Under the pieces are notes generated by a model that saw nothing but the letters and a program-made list of their open reading frames with translations, was not told the DNA's origin and ran no database searches. Made by a program: the position numbers and the translations under genes. A DNA stretch of 64,000 nt from Tubiluchus corallicola (Eukaryota > Animalia > Priapulida), in contig JAQGDQ010000185.1 in the NCBI GenBank assembly GCA_030141605.1, forward strand, positions 310,001-374,000. The letters run 5' to 3'. This document shows positions 26,927 through 40,523 of the stretch, in pieces; the stretch's first letter is position 1, and each line of letters begins with the position of its first letter.

Positions 26927-29510
26927 TTCCTGTTGAGCAAGCAAAAAATCTGGCAGCTCCCTGAAATTTTTCACCACTAACTGCTGACGAGAATCATCGC
27001 CAGCTTCACTTACTATTACTTAAGTCGATTATAAGAGTGTTGCACCACTATGCACCTTGTATAATTATCTGAATTCTGGTTCACCGCTCGATATTGTTGT
27101 TAACATTGCAAAATTTAGAAAGTTCGCTTATTTCGCACTCCCGATGATCTGGTCGGCGTCTTTTAATTTCTTTTTCCACATCAGCAAAAGACAGTCGAAC
27201 CGATTCTTAAGCTCAACCATGAAGTACACGACAGAGCATTTTAGTCTGACACAGATAATACACACTCATCGTATTGTCGGTGTCAGGGCAATAAAAGCAG
27301 AACGCTGCATGATAAATTTACTAACATAAACTCTCACCCTACGAAGTGGAACGAAAACAGTAGAGGCGGCGCATCCAGAACATCAAATCACGTAAAAAAT
27401 AGAGGCGTTGTCATGAAACGAAAATCAAGTATCAACCAAATGATATGAATAAAATGCTTAATGGATGCAATCCGCGTGATAGTGAGCCGTTTCGTGCAAA
27501 AACTAATCAAAATCTATGGTTGAACATTTAAATCGACAGAGGAGTGATTGGTCCGCCATCTAACGCTGAATTAAGAACTTGAAACACTTTCTCTTTTCAC
27601 GCATCAAAACTTAGTAATTACTTTCGCGTAACAGAAATTTAAGATGAGTTTGACGTTCATATCACATTAAAGTAGCACAAGACATGATTCAGTTTGTGTA
27701 CATTTGAGAAAAGGCTAACTGAAAAAACTCATTTCTTAAATCATTAGTTTACATACTATATAGCTATACTGTAGCTAATTCTCGTAAATCTTGAACTTTA
27801 TTGTCCAAGAGCACTTCCACTATATTCGCACAAGTCATTGAAAATGCACAGTAATTGACTGTTCTGTTGTTTACAAAAGACACAGTTCTGCTCTGTGATG
27901 TCTATAAATATGTCACTTGCTTTGTTGCAGCGTCTGTCGCCCCAGAGAATGCAGCGATAATTTAATGCATATCACATGAATTATAACACGATGTTACACT
28001 TTAAATGCCACAAATATTTGTCCTGTTTTCGCCTATGTACTACAACACTCGACACCATTCTGGTAGCCAGTACGCTAAAACCATAAAAACCAAAACTGTG
28101 CGTTCAAATAAAGAACGTTTTTGTTTACAAGAAAACAAGCGTTGGCAAAAGTAGAACAGTGTGCCTGTTTCTTATGCCATAATTATCGTTTCTATAAATA
28201 CAAAACGCAAATTTTAGTTTGTTTTTTTTTGGAAGAACGGACAACAACAAAATTTCCTATGCAACCTGTTCAATCAATTTTTGAAGTCATTTGAAACAAA
28301 AGCGTGTGTAGGAGTTTGGATCTAGGTGACCAGTCGCCCGCGGACTTCCTGCGTACTTTTCTAACGGTCTACTCCGTATAACCATTTATTTTCAAGAAAC
28401 TACACTCAATCATTACAAAGCATACTTCAAGCAATCGTACAGTTTGCTCGCTATTGTGAAGAAGTCATAGATACTTCGCAACTCGCGACTTCCTGGTTTC
28501 GTGCGTCAAAAACAGTGGGATTTTCACGGCGCATGACTGAAGAATGTTTAACAGTATGGCGTGACAATATCATAAGCATCACTAAGGTAGATAAGCGTCA
28601 AAGTTTCTAATACAGGTGATGCTATTTCCGCGTAGTTTATTGTTTACTTTGCATATTTTGCAATCTCACACCATATTTCAACCCCGCATGTAAGAAACTG
28701 GCCATGCAATGGCTGAGCTGGTGTAATGCAGTGGCTGCTATGGTAATTAGGGCTGTTAGGCCTAACTAGTCAGTTTGGTCAAGCGGCGTTAGTTCTGGCC
28801 TTTAGGCGCTTGTCGATTTCAAGCCTGTATGTGCATGAAGAACCTTGGCGAGGGCCAACAAACGAATTTTATAGCTGTTTGGTGACTTTTTACTACTTTA
28901 TTTTATAAATCATGTTATATCCAGTCTTGAACGTAATTTAATAGCTTACTTTGGAAAATGCTATTAAGATATCTGAATTATCATAGGTAGAAGATTCTTA
29001 ATTTAAAGCACAAATTCAGTATTTAAAATAAAAATAGTGAGAATGTCTAAGACGCAGAATTGTTTCCTAAAAGACTTCCTCCCCCACATTGGTCTGCCCT
29101 TTCCCCCAGCTAATTTAATGTTTTTTTCTTTTTCTGGCCTGGATTTAACTCGCCTCTACTTTAAGATTCTTGGCTTTCGTCACACATTATTTGGCAGCAC
29201 TTAGCGAAAGCAGGCACCAGCCAGGCAGGACAGTATACGAGTATGACATTTTACTGAAGCGAAAATAGTCAATGTCATGTGCGTGGCGCCTTCTGTTAGC
29301 AAGATTGAGAATTAGTGATCAGGTAAATCGGCACGAACTTGTTAAATATTCATTTAAGAAATAATTATAAATTTTATTTCTCATAGGTGACTAGCAGAAA
29401 AATTATCTTCACAAAAGTGGATTTTGGTTGATGTAACGAACGAACTCATAGTTACACAGTGATTAAGTAATAGATTATTTACTACATTTTTGAAAGAGCT
29501 TAGAGTGGGG

Positions 29511-29538
29511 TGTGGTGGTGATGATGATGATGATGGTG

Positions 29539-29581
<43 letters not shown>

Positions 29582-29617
29582 CAACAACAACAACAACAAC
29601 AATAATAATAATAATAA
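29511..29617. repeat. Compound trinucleotide microsatellite (GGT/GAT/AAT/AAC)
   Basis: Directly visible. Confidence 0.93.
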
Positions 29618-30539
29618 TCTATTATACATCCCTGAAGGGCCTTTCATTAACACTGAGCCTAATAGTACTTAATAGACTACAACTATTTCGTCAGACACTT
29701 TCAGGAAAGGGTGTCAAAGTTTTAATCAAAATGTGCTTTGATTAAAAGAAGCAGTTTCGTTTTGGTAACGTTTTACAAGTGCAATGCAAATGTCGCACGC
29801 TTTATTAACTCAAAGCTTCCACGTTCGTAAGACCAGTTCCTGGCATCATGTGTTTGACACAATAAAGGTCTTAGCTAGATATAGTCTTAGCTATAGTTAC
29901 CCAAGGCGAACCTGTGCAGTTTGCCTTGCACCTACGCAAGTCACTTCAGAATTACATGCTTGGAATTTTACCTACCTGTATAACGAATGTAAGATGCGTT
30001 TATACACGTCTTGGAGGTAGAATAACACGTTTAAACTTGTTTTCTTGTGATCGTAATAATCATAATAATAAGAATAATAGCGAGTTTTACCACGAGAGAC
30101 AAAAATTAATAGTGAAAAGCCTATAAAATTAAATCTGATCTGCCATTTTGTGTGCTTCTTTCTTCTAGACTTTTTTCTAGTTTCCTCGTAATTTTTCTGA
30201 AAAAACTGCCAAACTGTGAAGAAGTAACAAAATAGAATTAAAAATTCCGTGCCAAATCGGCCTTGAACTCCTGAGTTAACCGTACGAATCGAACGTGGCG
30301 TTTAGGGTTAATGATAAGACTTTCATACTGTCAAAGCAATTCCTGTTTAGGGCGAAAATAGTTTAAGTTTTTAGTCTCTCGCATATTTATTTCAAGTATG
30401 AGTATAATTAATTAAAAATGCAGCGGGCATCATTTTATAGACGCATGGCTTCAAAAAAGCTGTCCTGGCATCTCGAGGTTCTCGGGGAACACTTCGACAA
30501 GTCAAGTCACCTCATTTTAGGTACTTCAGCTATGTAACA

Positions 30540-30790
30540 CAGCATTACTGATATTTTACGTCTTATTCCCCGATCTGCTGCCATATGCCAAGTATCTGCG
30601 TTATTTAAATCAAGTGGAGTTTTTAATTTCTTCAAAACATCCAAATAAGTTTTTTTCCCAGGTATTAGTGCTTCATACACTAGTAAGTGGAGAATCCTGT
30701 GGCAAGTTAACGACATGTCTATGCCATCTAATCCGATGCTTCTGTACGACCTCACAACATTCTTAAATAATAGTCTTCTCGAAGAACTGC
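30540..30790 (-). mobile_element. Degenerate 3' fragment of a LINE ORF2 (RTE-like)
   Basis: Translation ...LLVYEALIPGKKTYLDVLKK...DTWHMAADRGIRRK resembles the RTE C-terminal G..K.Y.D.L...W...A.DR..WR pattern. Confidence 0.5.
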
Positions 30791-31454
30791 TTGTAGCGTA
30801 TGAGCAGAAAAGTCATAACTGCCTATGGCATCATTGTTATAAATATGTGTAGTTCAAAATAAGTGCACGTGAAAACTGTACACAGTTTCAGATAATATTA
30901 AAATCGCATTTAAAATATTAAACAAAGAAATGAAAAACAGTAACAGTAAAAACTGTAACATGGCTAAGACAATAAAAAACCAAATATGTTAATGTTTTGA
31001 GTGAATGAGTGAACAAACGAGTGAATCCATGAATAAATGAATGTATAAACAAAAAGTTGTCAAAACATTAACTGATAATAAAAAGAACAAACAAACAGAG
31101 AAGCAAACGAAGTTGCTAGTTATATACTTTTTATATGTCTGGGATTTCTCATTTAGTTTCTCATTTAATCAATAACTAGTTTCCATTCTTGTCCGTATAT
31201 AATCAAAATGTAGTGGTGCTAAGCTCAAAGTAGCGATGGTGCTAAGACCGTTCGATACTGCGCCACATCTGCATAATGGTCTGAAATTACGCATATGCCT
31301 ACCGCCTTTATTAAAACATAATTAAAATGATTAATTATAATAAAACAAAAATCAAAGAACGCTTCGCAGAGACACTCAACCTCCGGGTTTCTCTTTTCAG
31401 GACGGAAAAATTATATAACTTGATTGTTAATTACTAAAACTTGATGCCTAACAA

Positions 31455-31690
31455 AACGAAACAAACCACATATATCTTAACAAATAAACAGGCAAGAAGA
31501 ATACATGAATATTAAATGAAATTTACTAAATAAAAAATTTAGTATGTTTTCCGCAATAATGCTAAGCTAAACTAAGGTAAACAAAAAACAAACATCATAT
31601 ATCTTAACAAATAAACAGGAAAGGGGTGTACATCAATAGTAATGAAATTTACTAAATAAAACATTTAATATGTTTCCACAATAATGCTTA
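31455..31690. repeat. Diverged tandem duplication, 2 x ~130 bp
   Basis: catatatcttaacaaataaacagg...aatgaaatttactaaataaaa...caataatgct occurs twice. Confidence 0.85.
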
Positions 31691-33356
31691 AACCTTATCC
31701 GGATCCATCAAATTGTAATTTTTGCCAATTTTGTCATTCGATGTCGCCACGGGCTTTATACGCTATACTACACCAGCTAATTACTACACTAATTCTACAG
31801 CTAATGTAAACCACTACGTACTTTAAAACTTCAAAAAGCTGACAATAACTTGTCATCACTGAACAAACAGGAACACCACAATTTTCAGGCCTTATCGCCA
31901 TATTTTAGAGTACAAATCTTACAAGTTTAAATAGGCTTGGTGCTATTTGAATAGCCCATGGTCAACTTTAGTTACTATAATTATGATACTTTTACATTAT
32001 GGGGAATGACCGTTCAAAAAACTGAACGGCACCAATTAAACTGTCTGAATTTGCCGATGATTCCGGTAATGTAAATCAGTTAATTTAAAAGTCATAAATC
32101 CTCGTGCTCGACTGGACATACCATTGTGATCAGGAATGAACGAGCAGCTCTGTCAAAAGTCAAAACCAGTGTGTTTAGATACCTTGCGGCAGAACAATGC
32201 CATAGAAAAAGACCCACCTGTAATACCTGTGTTACAAAAACGATTAGTTTAAAGCCTTTAGGAATATAAATTAGTTGCGTTGTTTGTCGGTGTCACTGAC
32301 ACAGACACCACTTCAAGGAGATGAGGCAATGGGGTGGTGGTGGATTGCTTAAAATCTTTACTTCGTTGAAATCTAATAAAGTCAAGATCAAAAATGTTGA
32401 TAACACACGCCAGTTCGGTTTATAATAAATGTTAAAGGTTTATGAACATTATGGTATGTGATCCTTATCGCGCTAAAATACTGCAATGGTGGCGCAAATC
32501 AAGCACCTTTTTAATGGGTTGAAAAACACGTGCCTAATCCGCCATGCACATGAGACAACTTTTAAACGAGCCAGCTAAAGATTTAAATAGTGAGTTTTTT
32601 GCCGCGGGGTGGGAGAGAGAGAAAGACCCTTCGCTACTGTCATCGACACCGCTTTGAAAGAGAGAGACAAGGGGCGAACTCGTCCACAAACTCTTTCAAA
32701 ATCACAAAGAACTCTCGCACAAGCCTCTTTATCCAAATATAGGTAATTTTAAGAACGCGTTACAGGCAGCTAAAATTAATCCTGGCATTCGCATGTTATA
32801 GAACAATTGTTAAAGTCTTTGAAAAGCAAACACGCTTGCAAAGATTAGGAAAACTGGTCCACTGATTCAATAGCTTATAATTTTCTATGTCACGTAAGGA
32901 ACATTTAGTCCTACACGGTCATGCAGGTACAGAATTGTTGACGTGAAATATTAAAATGTGAAAAATAATGTAATAAGTGATGGAATACTTGTATTATGCA
33001 AGAAGAAATTATAAAAGTGATCAAAAATAAATAAATAAATAAATAATAATAATAAAAGGGCTTATTAAGAAAAACAATCCTATAAACTTCAAAGGGATAT
33101 GCGCTATTATTATCATCATTTCACACTAAGTTAAATATGTTACACATATCATGTAACATCAACAGATGATGCTACATATTGCATATTGCATCATGCTAAA
33201 GTAATATCAAGATCATTAATAATGATGTTACAAGTCAATAATTAATTAAAACTTGAAAGACAGGAAATGATTGCAAAAAATTTGGGGCCCAGCCTGAATT
33301 TGGTTGGTCAGCCATAAGGATGAACTTTGGACTGTCGTGACAACTGGGCACTGGGT

Positions 33357-33429
33357 GACGTGATGACCTAGTGATTTAAGGCGTCTGCAATGCAAGCAGA
33401 AAGTTCCTAGTTCAAATCCAGCCGCATCT
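33357..33429 (+). pseudogene. tRNA pseudogene or tRNA-derived SINE head (apparent anticodon TGC)
   Basis: ~72 nt; A-box-like TGACCTAGTGA, perfect stem TCTGC/GCAGA around a 7 nt loop AATGCAA, B-box-like GTTCAAATCC, T tract downstream. Acceptor and T stems have several mismatches. Confidence 0.6.
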
Positions 33430-36400
33430 TTATCCTTTTCACATTTCATGTGCTTCAAGTTTGTTATCAAAACTTATTGTTTAATTGTGGACTGGTAAAA
33501 TCACCATGCTAAATTGTATCCAATACTTATAGTACCGCTATTAAAACACTGAACCGTAAATTAAAGTATTCAAAGAATCTGTATGCGAAAATAGTAGAAA
33601 CTAAAAATGCAAGATAGAAATTACCGATGTGTGCTTTGTTTTAAATTATCAGGTGGTGGTGGCGGTGGTGTTGGTGTTGGTGATAGTGCCTATTGCAATG
33701 TACCTGTTAACGGATAATTATTAAATAAGAGGTTCCCGTTAACGAACGAAGCTGCAGTCATCATTTATGTATGATTAAAAAAGTCCGTAGATAAGAGGCC
33801 CGAAGAAGAAAACTGGATTCATAAGCAGCCATTTCGCAAAAATGTCCTGGGTAAAATATGAGAAACAGAACGTCTTATCATATACTTCTTATTCAGAAAC
33901 TGGCTTACTCAGTAGCCACAGAAGATAATGACTCGTCACGTGTCGTGTTCAACAAACATTTAAATTAGGATTAAAGCCGTTTGGAAACACTGTCATTACC
34001 ACGACCACCGCCAGTGATTCGTGGTAACTAGGATAAGCATTAGATACTGTGGTGACCAGAAGGGCGACCATATTGGCAGTGAAGCTATCGCCGTGATGGC
34101 AACGTCGGTGTAGTGGTTTTGGCTATTAACGTCATCATAGTGTTGCAGCTACTTCTGCTCTGATTTTGTTGTCGTTGTCATTGCTGTTGCTGTTGTTGTT
34201 CTTTTTGTTATCGTCGTCGCCGTCGTCGTTATCGGTATCCTTATTGTGCTTGTTACTGTTGCTGATAACGATGGTAATGATGAGGCTGATTACGACCTTA
34301 GCGGTGATGTTGACACACGAGGAAGACGCAGGAGGAGGTGGTCTAACCAATGCGACGCCACACTTGGATATGTGATAATGCTTTCCTGAAACGTGGCTTG
34401 AAACACATAACTGCCATAAATTGAGTTTTTTTCAGTTTAAGCACCCATCCTAAATCAGTTCTGGTGGCTATTCTTCTCCTTCATTAGCTTGTCAGCGGCG
34501 GCGTTGGACACGTTTGCAACTTGCTTTCTTAACGAGCGCCGGGGCAACGTAAATCAAGCAGTTTGTCACCACGTCACGGCAAAAATTCAACACTTGAACA
34601 CCCTCAAAATCGAAACATGTAAGATCCCCTGGCACCCAGAAGATGTTGCAGCGTCCGTTCACAAGGAATAATGTCAGCAAATCGAGTGTGAACAATGTTG
34701 CCACAGGCGTTGCGAGAAGTAGGAAATAACGCTTATCAAAAGGGGATATGTGTGCATTTGTCTCAGTATAATCAATGACTTAGGCTTCTTTCAATTTTGG
34801 CATTGTTAATCTGAACATTCTGTTGTTGTGTAAATGTCTTCGTTTATTTTATACATAACCAATTTCATTTTATGTGATCATCTTGAAGTAATTATACAAC
34901 ATTATTAATCACTGTTATTAACTCATAATAATTATGCAAATTATTAATCAACATTTAAGTAAACTATAGTAAAAAGGCACCAGTTTTTTGTTAGCTACTA
35001 CATGGCGTGTTGAAGTGGATATTTTCATCAACGTTAAAAGCGCTAACATCTTTCTAATTTTTTGCTGACGAATATCAATGAATTTGCAGTCACATAAGTT
35101 GCAACTCAACACTTTCGTATTCTTATATAAATATATTAATGGTCTTAAAATCCCCTTCAAAAACAACAAACTCTTTCTTGTCAGCTACAAATCAGAATAG
35201 CCATACTCACAACCTAATGCAGATTCAAACAAACAATAAATCAGGCAATAATTCAAAAAGCAATTTATCTTTGGAACTCCCTCCCATCTGCTATTAAATA
35301 GTCGAAATCACTGTCTATATTCAAGAAAAAACTAAAACAATACCAACGAAGTAGATTTCAAAAACAACTCGTGTAAATTATATTAACTTCTTTAATTCAA
35401 ATTTTGCATATCCACGTCCCTAATAACTAAGAAAAGTTTCCTTAATTATAAATTCACAACTCATTCGTAAATTAAAACGTTAATCTAAAAGTAAATTCTG
35501 TTATGTAATATATAAGAATGTAACGTATTTATTGTGAAATTGATGTAAATTTACTCTTTCTTATTATGTATTTTACTTCTCATATTATGCCTATGTATTA
35601 TGTATTATGTGTGCATTGTAACAAATTAATGTAAACTTCGTCTTACGTTTATTATGTACTTTACTTATATTGTCCTGTATATTGTAACTTAGCATGTGAA
35701 TGAATATTTCAAGTTGTCTCTGGTTTTAGTTTTGTGCCTAATAATTTATAGTTTTGAACCAGACGCGTTTGCCTTTAGCAGTGTTTTAATAATTATTAAT
35801 CAGTTTGCGATTTTGCGATCACTGAGGATTGCGATTTTATTGTAATCTATTTAATGGCAAATAAAAAAGTATTATTATATATAAGGTGGAAAGGACTCTT
35901 CCTTCTACAGATCAAGAACATTTGTAACTAGATTGCCCACTTTGTATCCATGATACAGAAAGAGATCGTTTTAAATTTGTACTAGGAAACGAAACAATTT
36001 GCTCAATATTTGTCCAGCAAAATAAAAATTTAATTGATGCTTTTGTTAACCTAATTACTAATGATTATATTGTGCACACTATAACCACAATTGTTAGTCC
36101 TATTTAATCTGACAGTTAAATATGCAGTACAGAGTTTGATATACTGCGTTGTTATTAATTACTGTATAATTTTTTATTTTCCATTATAAAATGTATAGCT
36201 TCTTGCATTCTTTCTTGTATTCTTGCATACCATATTGATGAACTATTTTGGTGTATTATTAAAATAGTATAGTAATTAACGTTGAAAATTTTTACCTACA
36301 AATAGAGGCCAAGTATATAATTATGTATATATGTACAAATATAAGATTTATCGCCATCATCATCATACAGGTCAATGTCTGCTGTTTCGGAACTTTCGAT

Positions 36401-36885
36401 GTACATCGCTATCAACATTTTACAGCTTTTCCTGTCTTTTTTGGCAGAGGAAAAACAACAGTAACCTTTACCGTAAACCGTAAGCTTAAACTTCCCCTCT
36501 AATATACAAAGATAATATTTGTGCAGAGCTCAGCAATACCATGTCGCTACAGTGCACCTGCAATGCTTTTGGCAAATGACGGCGTTAAAGTTTGTCCAGG
36601 TTATGTCTTGGATTTTCCTTTGTTGAAAAACTTCTTGTCGTGTTTGTCTGGGCCTCTTGTTAGTAAGAAAACAGCGTGAGCTTGGTGGTGGGTGAGGATT
36701 AGCCATGTTTTGAAAATCATCAGTATGCGATCAATGTCAGAGACGTCTGAAGTGCTACAATAAATTAAATGTTTCATGACTCATATTAGGAATTTGTAAA
36801 ACGTTCAGCCTCACACAGCGATTTTTGCTTCACGAAATTCCAAAATCTAGATGAGTTCATGATTTTATTGTTCTTATGTTTTGTC

Positions 36886-37110
36886 ATTGCTGCTGCTGCT
36901 GCTCTTGTTGTTGCTGTTGTTGTTGCTGTTGTTGTTGTTGTTGTTGTTGTTGCTATTGCTATTGCTATTGCTATTGCTATTGCTATTGCTATTGCTATTG
37001 CTGTTGTTGTTGTTGTTATTCTTGTTGCTTGTTGTTGCTGCTGCTGTCACTGCCGCTGCCGCTGCGGCAGCCGTCGCCATCGCCGTTGCCATTGTCGTTG
37101 TCGTTGTTGT
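36886..37110. repeat. Compound (GCT)/(GTT)/(GCTATT) microsatellite
   Basis: Directly visible. Confidence 0.93.
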
Positions 37111-38487
37111 TTTTCAGTTCTTGTTTTGGTTATCATTGTCGTTTATTCAAACTAATTAAACAAAGCATGGATCATCAACGAAATATTTTTGTTTATACTA
37201 GCATTCGGCCGCCCATAGTTTAGAAGCAAAGATCTATTATAGGCAGCTTGAACCCTTGGACCCATTTCTGTGGTTCTAATTTTTTATTTTGCCCGCATTC
37301 CAAACTCACTCATGTCAAGTAAAAGAAATACAGATTATTTTTGATAATTTAGTAAGCCTAAATTAAAACTAAAATTAAAACACTATCAGAAATCAAAAAT
37401 CACAAATTTACCGCTGGTCACGAAGGTAAAGACAACGATCCAATAGAAGAAAATACAAACTATTTTTGATAACATGGTAACGGAAAATTAACTGTAGTCC
37501 ATCACAAATGCTTAACACTAGTTTTGTGTTTATAAAGTGGCAGTAAAGACACGGCTTTGTGGAAAATAATGGGACAAATCACTAGACCACAAACCGACTA
37601 ATAGTAAGGGAACGCCCAAAGGGGTGAGACAATTTTCAATAAACTTCTTTATTATCAGCAATCATAAGATTCCACGCTTGATGTTTGGTGAAAATTGAAC
37701 ACGAAAAATAAGCGCATTTATAATTTATCCATCATAAATACCGCCAAGCTGCAAATAATGCAACTTCAATGAAAGGGCTATTATTCAAGTTAAAATATCG
37801 TATTTTATCTGCACAAATGATCGGTGATTTTCGAGAAGTGAATTAATCATTAATCAAAAGATGTAGGTCCGTCTGTTATGTGCAAATTATGAATACTTGT
37901 GCCTAAAGCTACTTTTGCGCCTTAGTAACTTTGGCGGTCGTATAGTTCGAATATCCCATTTATATTTTCTTATTCAAAGCAACTCCATAATAAATGACTA
38001 TTACAAACTATGGTTATTAATAAATTATTGCAAACCAAGATAGTTATAGTTTATTACAAACTTATCGTAAATTACTATGTGAAAGTACATTTTAACAGAA
38101 AAGCGAACCTTGCATATAAAAGACCCAATTACGACACAATACGACATCATATTAGGCAAAAATTTGGCACGCCTAAACAAGTAAAGCAAAGTGGACGATT
38201 GTTCGTTTAATTCATGCATAATAAAGAATATACTCGGAAAAGTGTAAACTGCTTCTTTGTTAGGAGTCGGACGACTCGGGCCCGAACGCAATATCTCTAC
38301 TTCGGCAATACATATTAAAATGCTACCAATGAACTGTTAGTTACCTTGATTCGGGGCCTATAATAAAAAAATCGTCCTTGAAAAACTAAAATAATTTCTT
38401 TTTGCACAAAGCGAATTTCTGTCATCATTCTGTTAAGTCTTACGTTACTTGAACGTAAACTGAGCTGTTATTGTTTTCACTTTTCAG

Positions 38488-38695
38488 TCTTAAATGGCGT
38501 TTACCAGACATCCGGAATGCGGTATCCATCTGCGGAATAGCTGCGTATAAAAAATAAATAGAAAATAGCTGCAGAAAAATAACACACAACGCAGGTCTGA
38601 TAAACGGGTGAATTGAAACAATATACACCAATTTTATCTATTCAGCATGCGCATAACGCATACGCATTCCGAATGTCCCGTAATCGCCGCTTTAT
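38488..38695 (-). mobile_element. MITE family A, copy 2 (inverted)
   Basis: tgcggaatagctgcg...attgaaacaatatacaccaattttatctattc...aacgcatacgcattccgaatg is the reverse complement of the 11492 and 44658 copies. Confidence 0.65.
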
Positions 38696-40337
38696 GTAAA
38701 TACTCTTGATTAAGAAAAACTGTTTAACATAACTAACAGAAAAACGCTAACTACTGTAATAATATTAATAAACGCTAATAATTGCTTTATTATAATGAGA
38801 AAAATAAGCGTGGTAGTTTAATATATTAAATAAAATAAATTAATTAATTGGTTAAATAATAAAACAATTAAGCCAGCATCATTTAATCACAAATCGGCGT
38901 AACAATAACAAATTTAGCAAAATGTTACATGTTTTTGTGCACGCTATGCAGCTTGTAACTTGCTTGTGTTTACATATAACAGTCTATTGCTACAAAAGTA
39001 ATTTCACAAAATACGGTAATTAGTCAAATATCCATATTTTAGAAAAGCACGAGCTCAATACCGTAACTAAATTCAGCAAAGTTCATCAGTTTGACTTTTT
39101 ACGTTTCAAGATTACAATCCGTTGTACCCGCAACCAAGTAGCTGCCGTTTATGACATACTTGTAAAATTACGACTGCCAACATCATTATTTTGCTAATAG
39201 ACAGCGATAATCTCAAAGTAAATAGTTTATTTAACTTATTAAATTCGATGTCGTTTTCTTTGTTACTTACTGCGTTCCTCTTACAACAGACTGAACTTTG
39301 TACTTTGCTATTTTAACTGCACATAACTAAGCGATTAATATACCACCGTATTGCTGATGTATAAATAAAGGTTTACGTGGGCAACCATATTAGATGCTGT
39401 AGAGAACGCACACAAAATTTATAGGTTTATGTTTTGAGTATTTATAATAAAATTAATAATGTTCTAAAACAGACGTATTGCTATTATACGCAAGTATATG
39501 CGATTGTGCCTAAAACAGACCTTCGGTCATTTTTATGGGAACCATAAAAATAGGCGTAGAATAGTTTATAAAAAACTGACTCATATTTGAGGTATTAGTT
39601 CTCCACACGGAGTCATAAAACTCAATCAAAATACCTGAGAATTACTTTGTGAAAAGTTAAAAAGCAGTTTCAATGTTTAGTCAAAGGATCTCACTAAAAT
39701 AGCGTGTGCTAAACATTATTCAATTAGGGTCTAACAACTCTAGTAATATACATCTGCTTAACTGTATAGTGTTTACTTTATTGTTGAAAATACATCTGCT
39801 TCAGTAAGAGAAAACCTATTATTCCGGTTTTTGCTCTTCGAATTGCTCTGTTTTTTTTCAAGTTAATCCAGCAAATAAGTCTAACACCTTATGTAACAGA
39901 TGGACAATGATGAAAATGAATAGATGTAAACTGCTTTGATAACGTATCCCGTACAGTGAACGTTTAGACATAATTAAATTATATTTTATGCCGTAGTCTT
40001 TTTAGTTCTTTTATATTATTAGCTCTAATAAAATACAGTATAGCTCATAGCACAAGTGAACCTACATCATCAAAATATAATTAGCTAGATTTATGACGAG
40101 ATCAGATGAACTTGTTAAAAAACTCTATGTTTATTGGCGTTGAAGATAAAAAAATAGCAGGATCGTGCAGTCATCAGAAATGTCATAATTTTTCTGACTA
40201 TTCCATGGGTATTAACCTAAATCTAGCCCTAAGCAGTCAGACTTTTTGATCCACTAGAAGCAACACAAATGTTACTGACAAATATTTAAGTAAGAAAAAG
40301 TCGAAAAATGATGTTTTTCTCCAGAAGAATAACTTAC

Positions 40338-40523
40338 CAACGAAATGACCACATGTTTTCCCAATGGACTTGCCTCTGCAAGCTGAAATCCCCAAGGCCG
40401 CCCTCCTTTCAATACCACCGTCTCCATCCGTTTTTCCAGAGGACTCTGAGGAGACGTCACCTCCTCCTGGTCCTCCTCCTCCTCTTCTTCTACTAACACG
40501 TGTAATAAACTATTGCATTCCAT
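40338..40523 (-). CDS. Shroom: Shroom-like PDZ protein, coding exon 1 (N-terminal half of PDZ)
   Basis: MECN...ETVVLKGGRPWGFQLAEASPLGKHVVISL then donor GTAAGT, phase 0, 62 codons. The GGxPWGF loop is typical of Shroom/PDLIM/SYNPO2 PDZ domains, and the exon joins in frame to 13296-13444. Confidence 0.85.

Noticed and set aside
25297-26964. Short ORFs overlapping the acidic exon
   Set aside because: Shadow frames of the long coding exon.
32183-32203. Tiny ATG exon MALFCRK with a phase-0 GT on the - strand
   Set aside because: Only 7 codons with a weak donor (GTATCT); expected by chance in 27 kb.
34489-34704. GC-richer overlapping short ORFs
   Set aside because: No recognisable homology or convincing splice signals.
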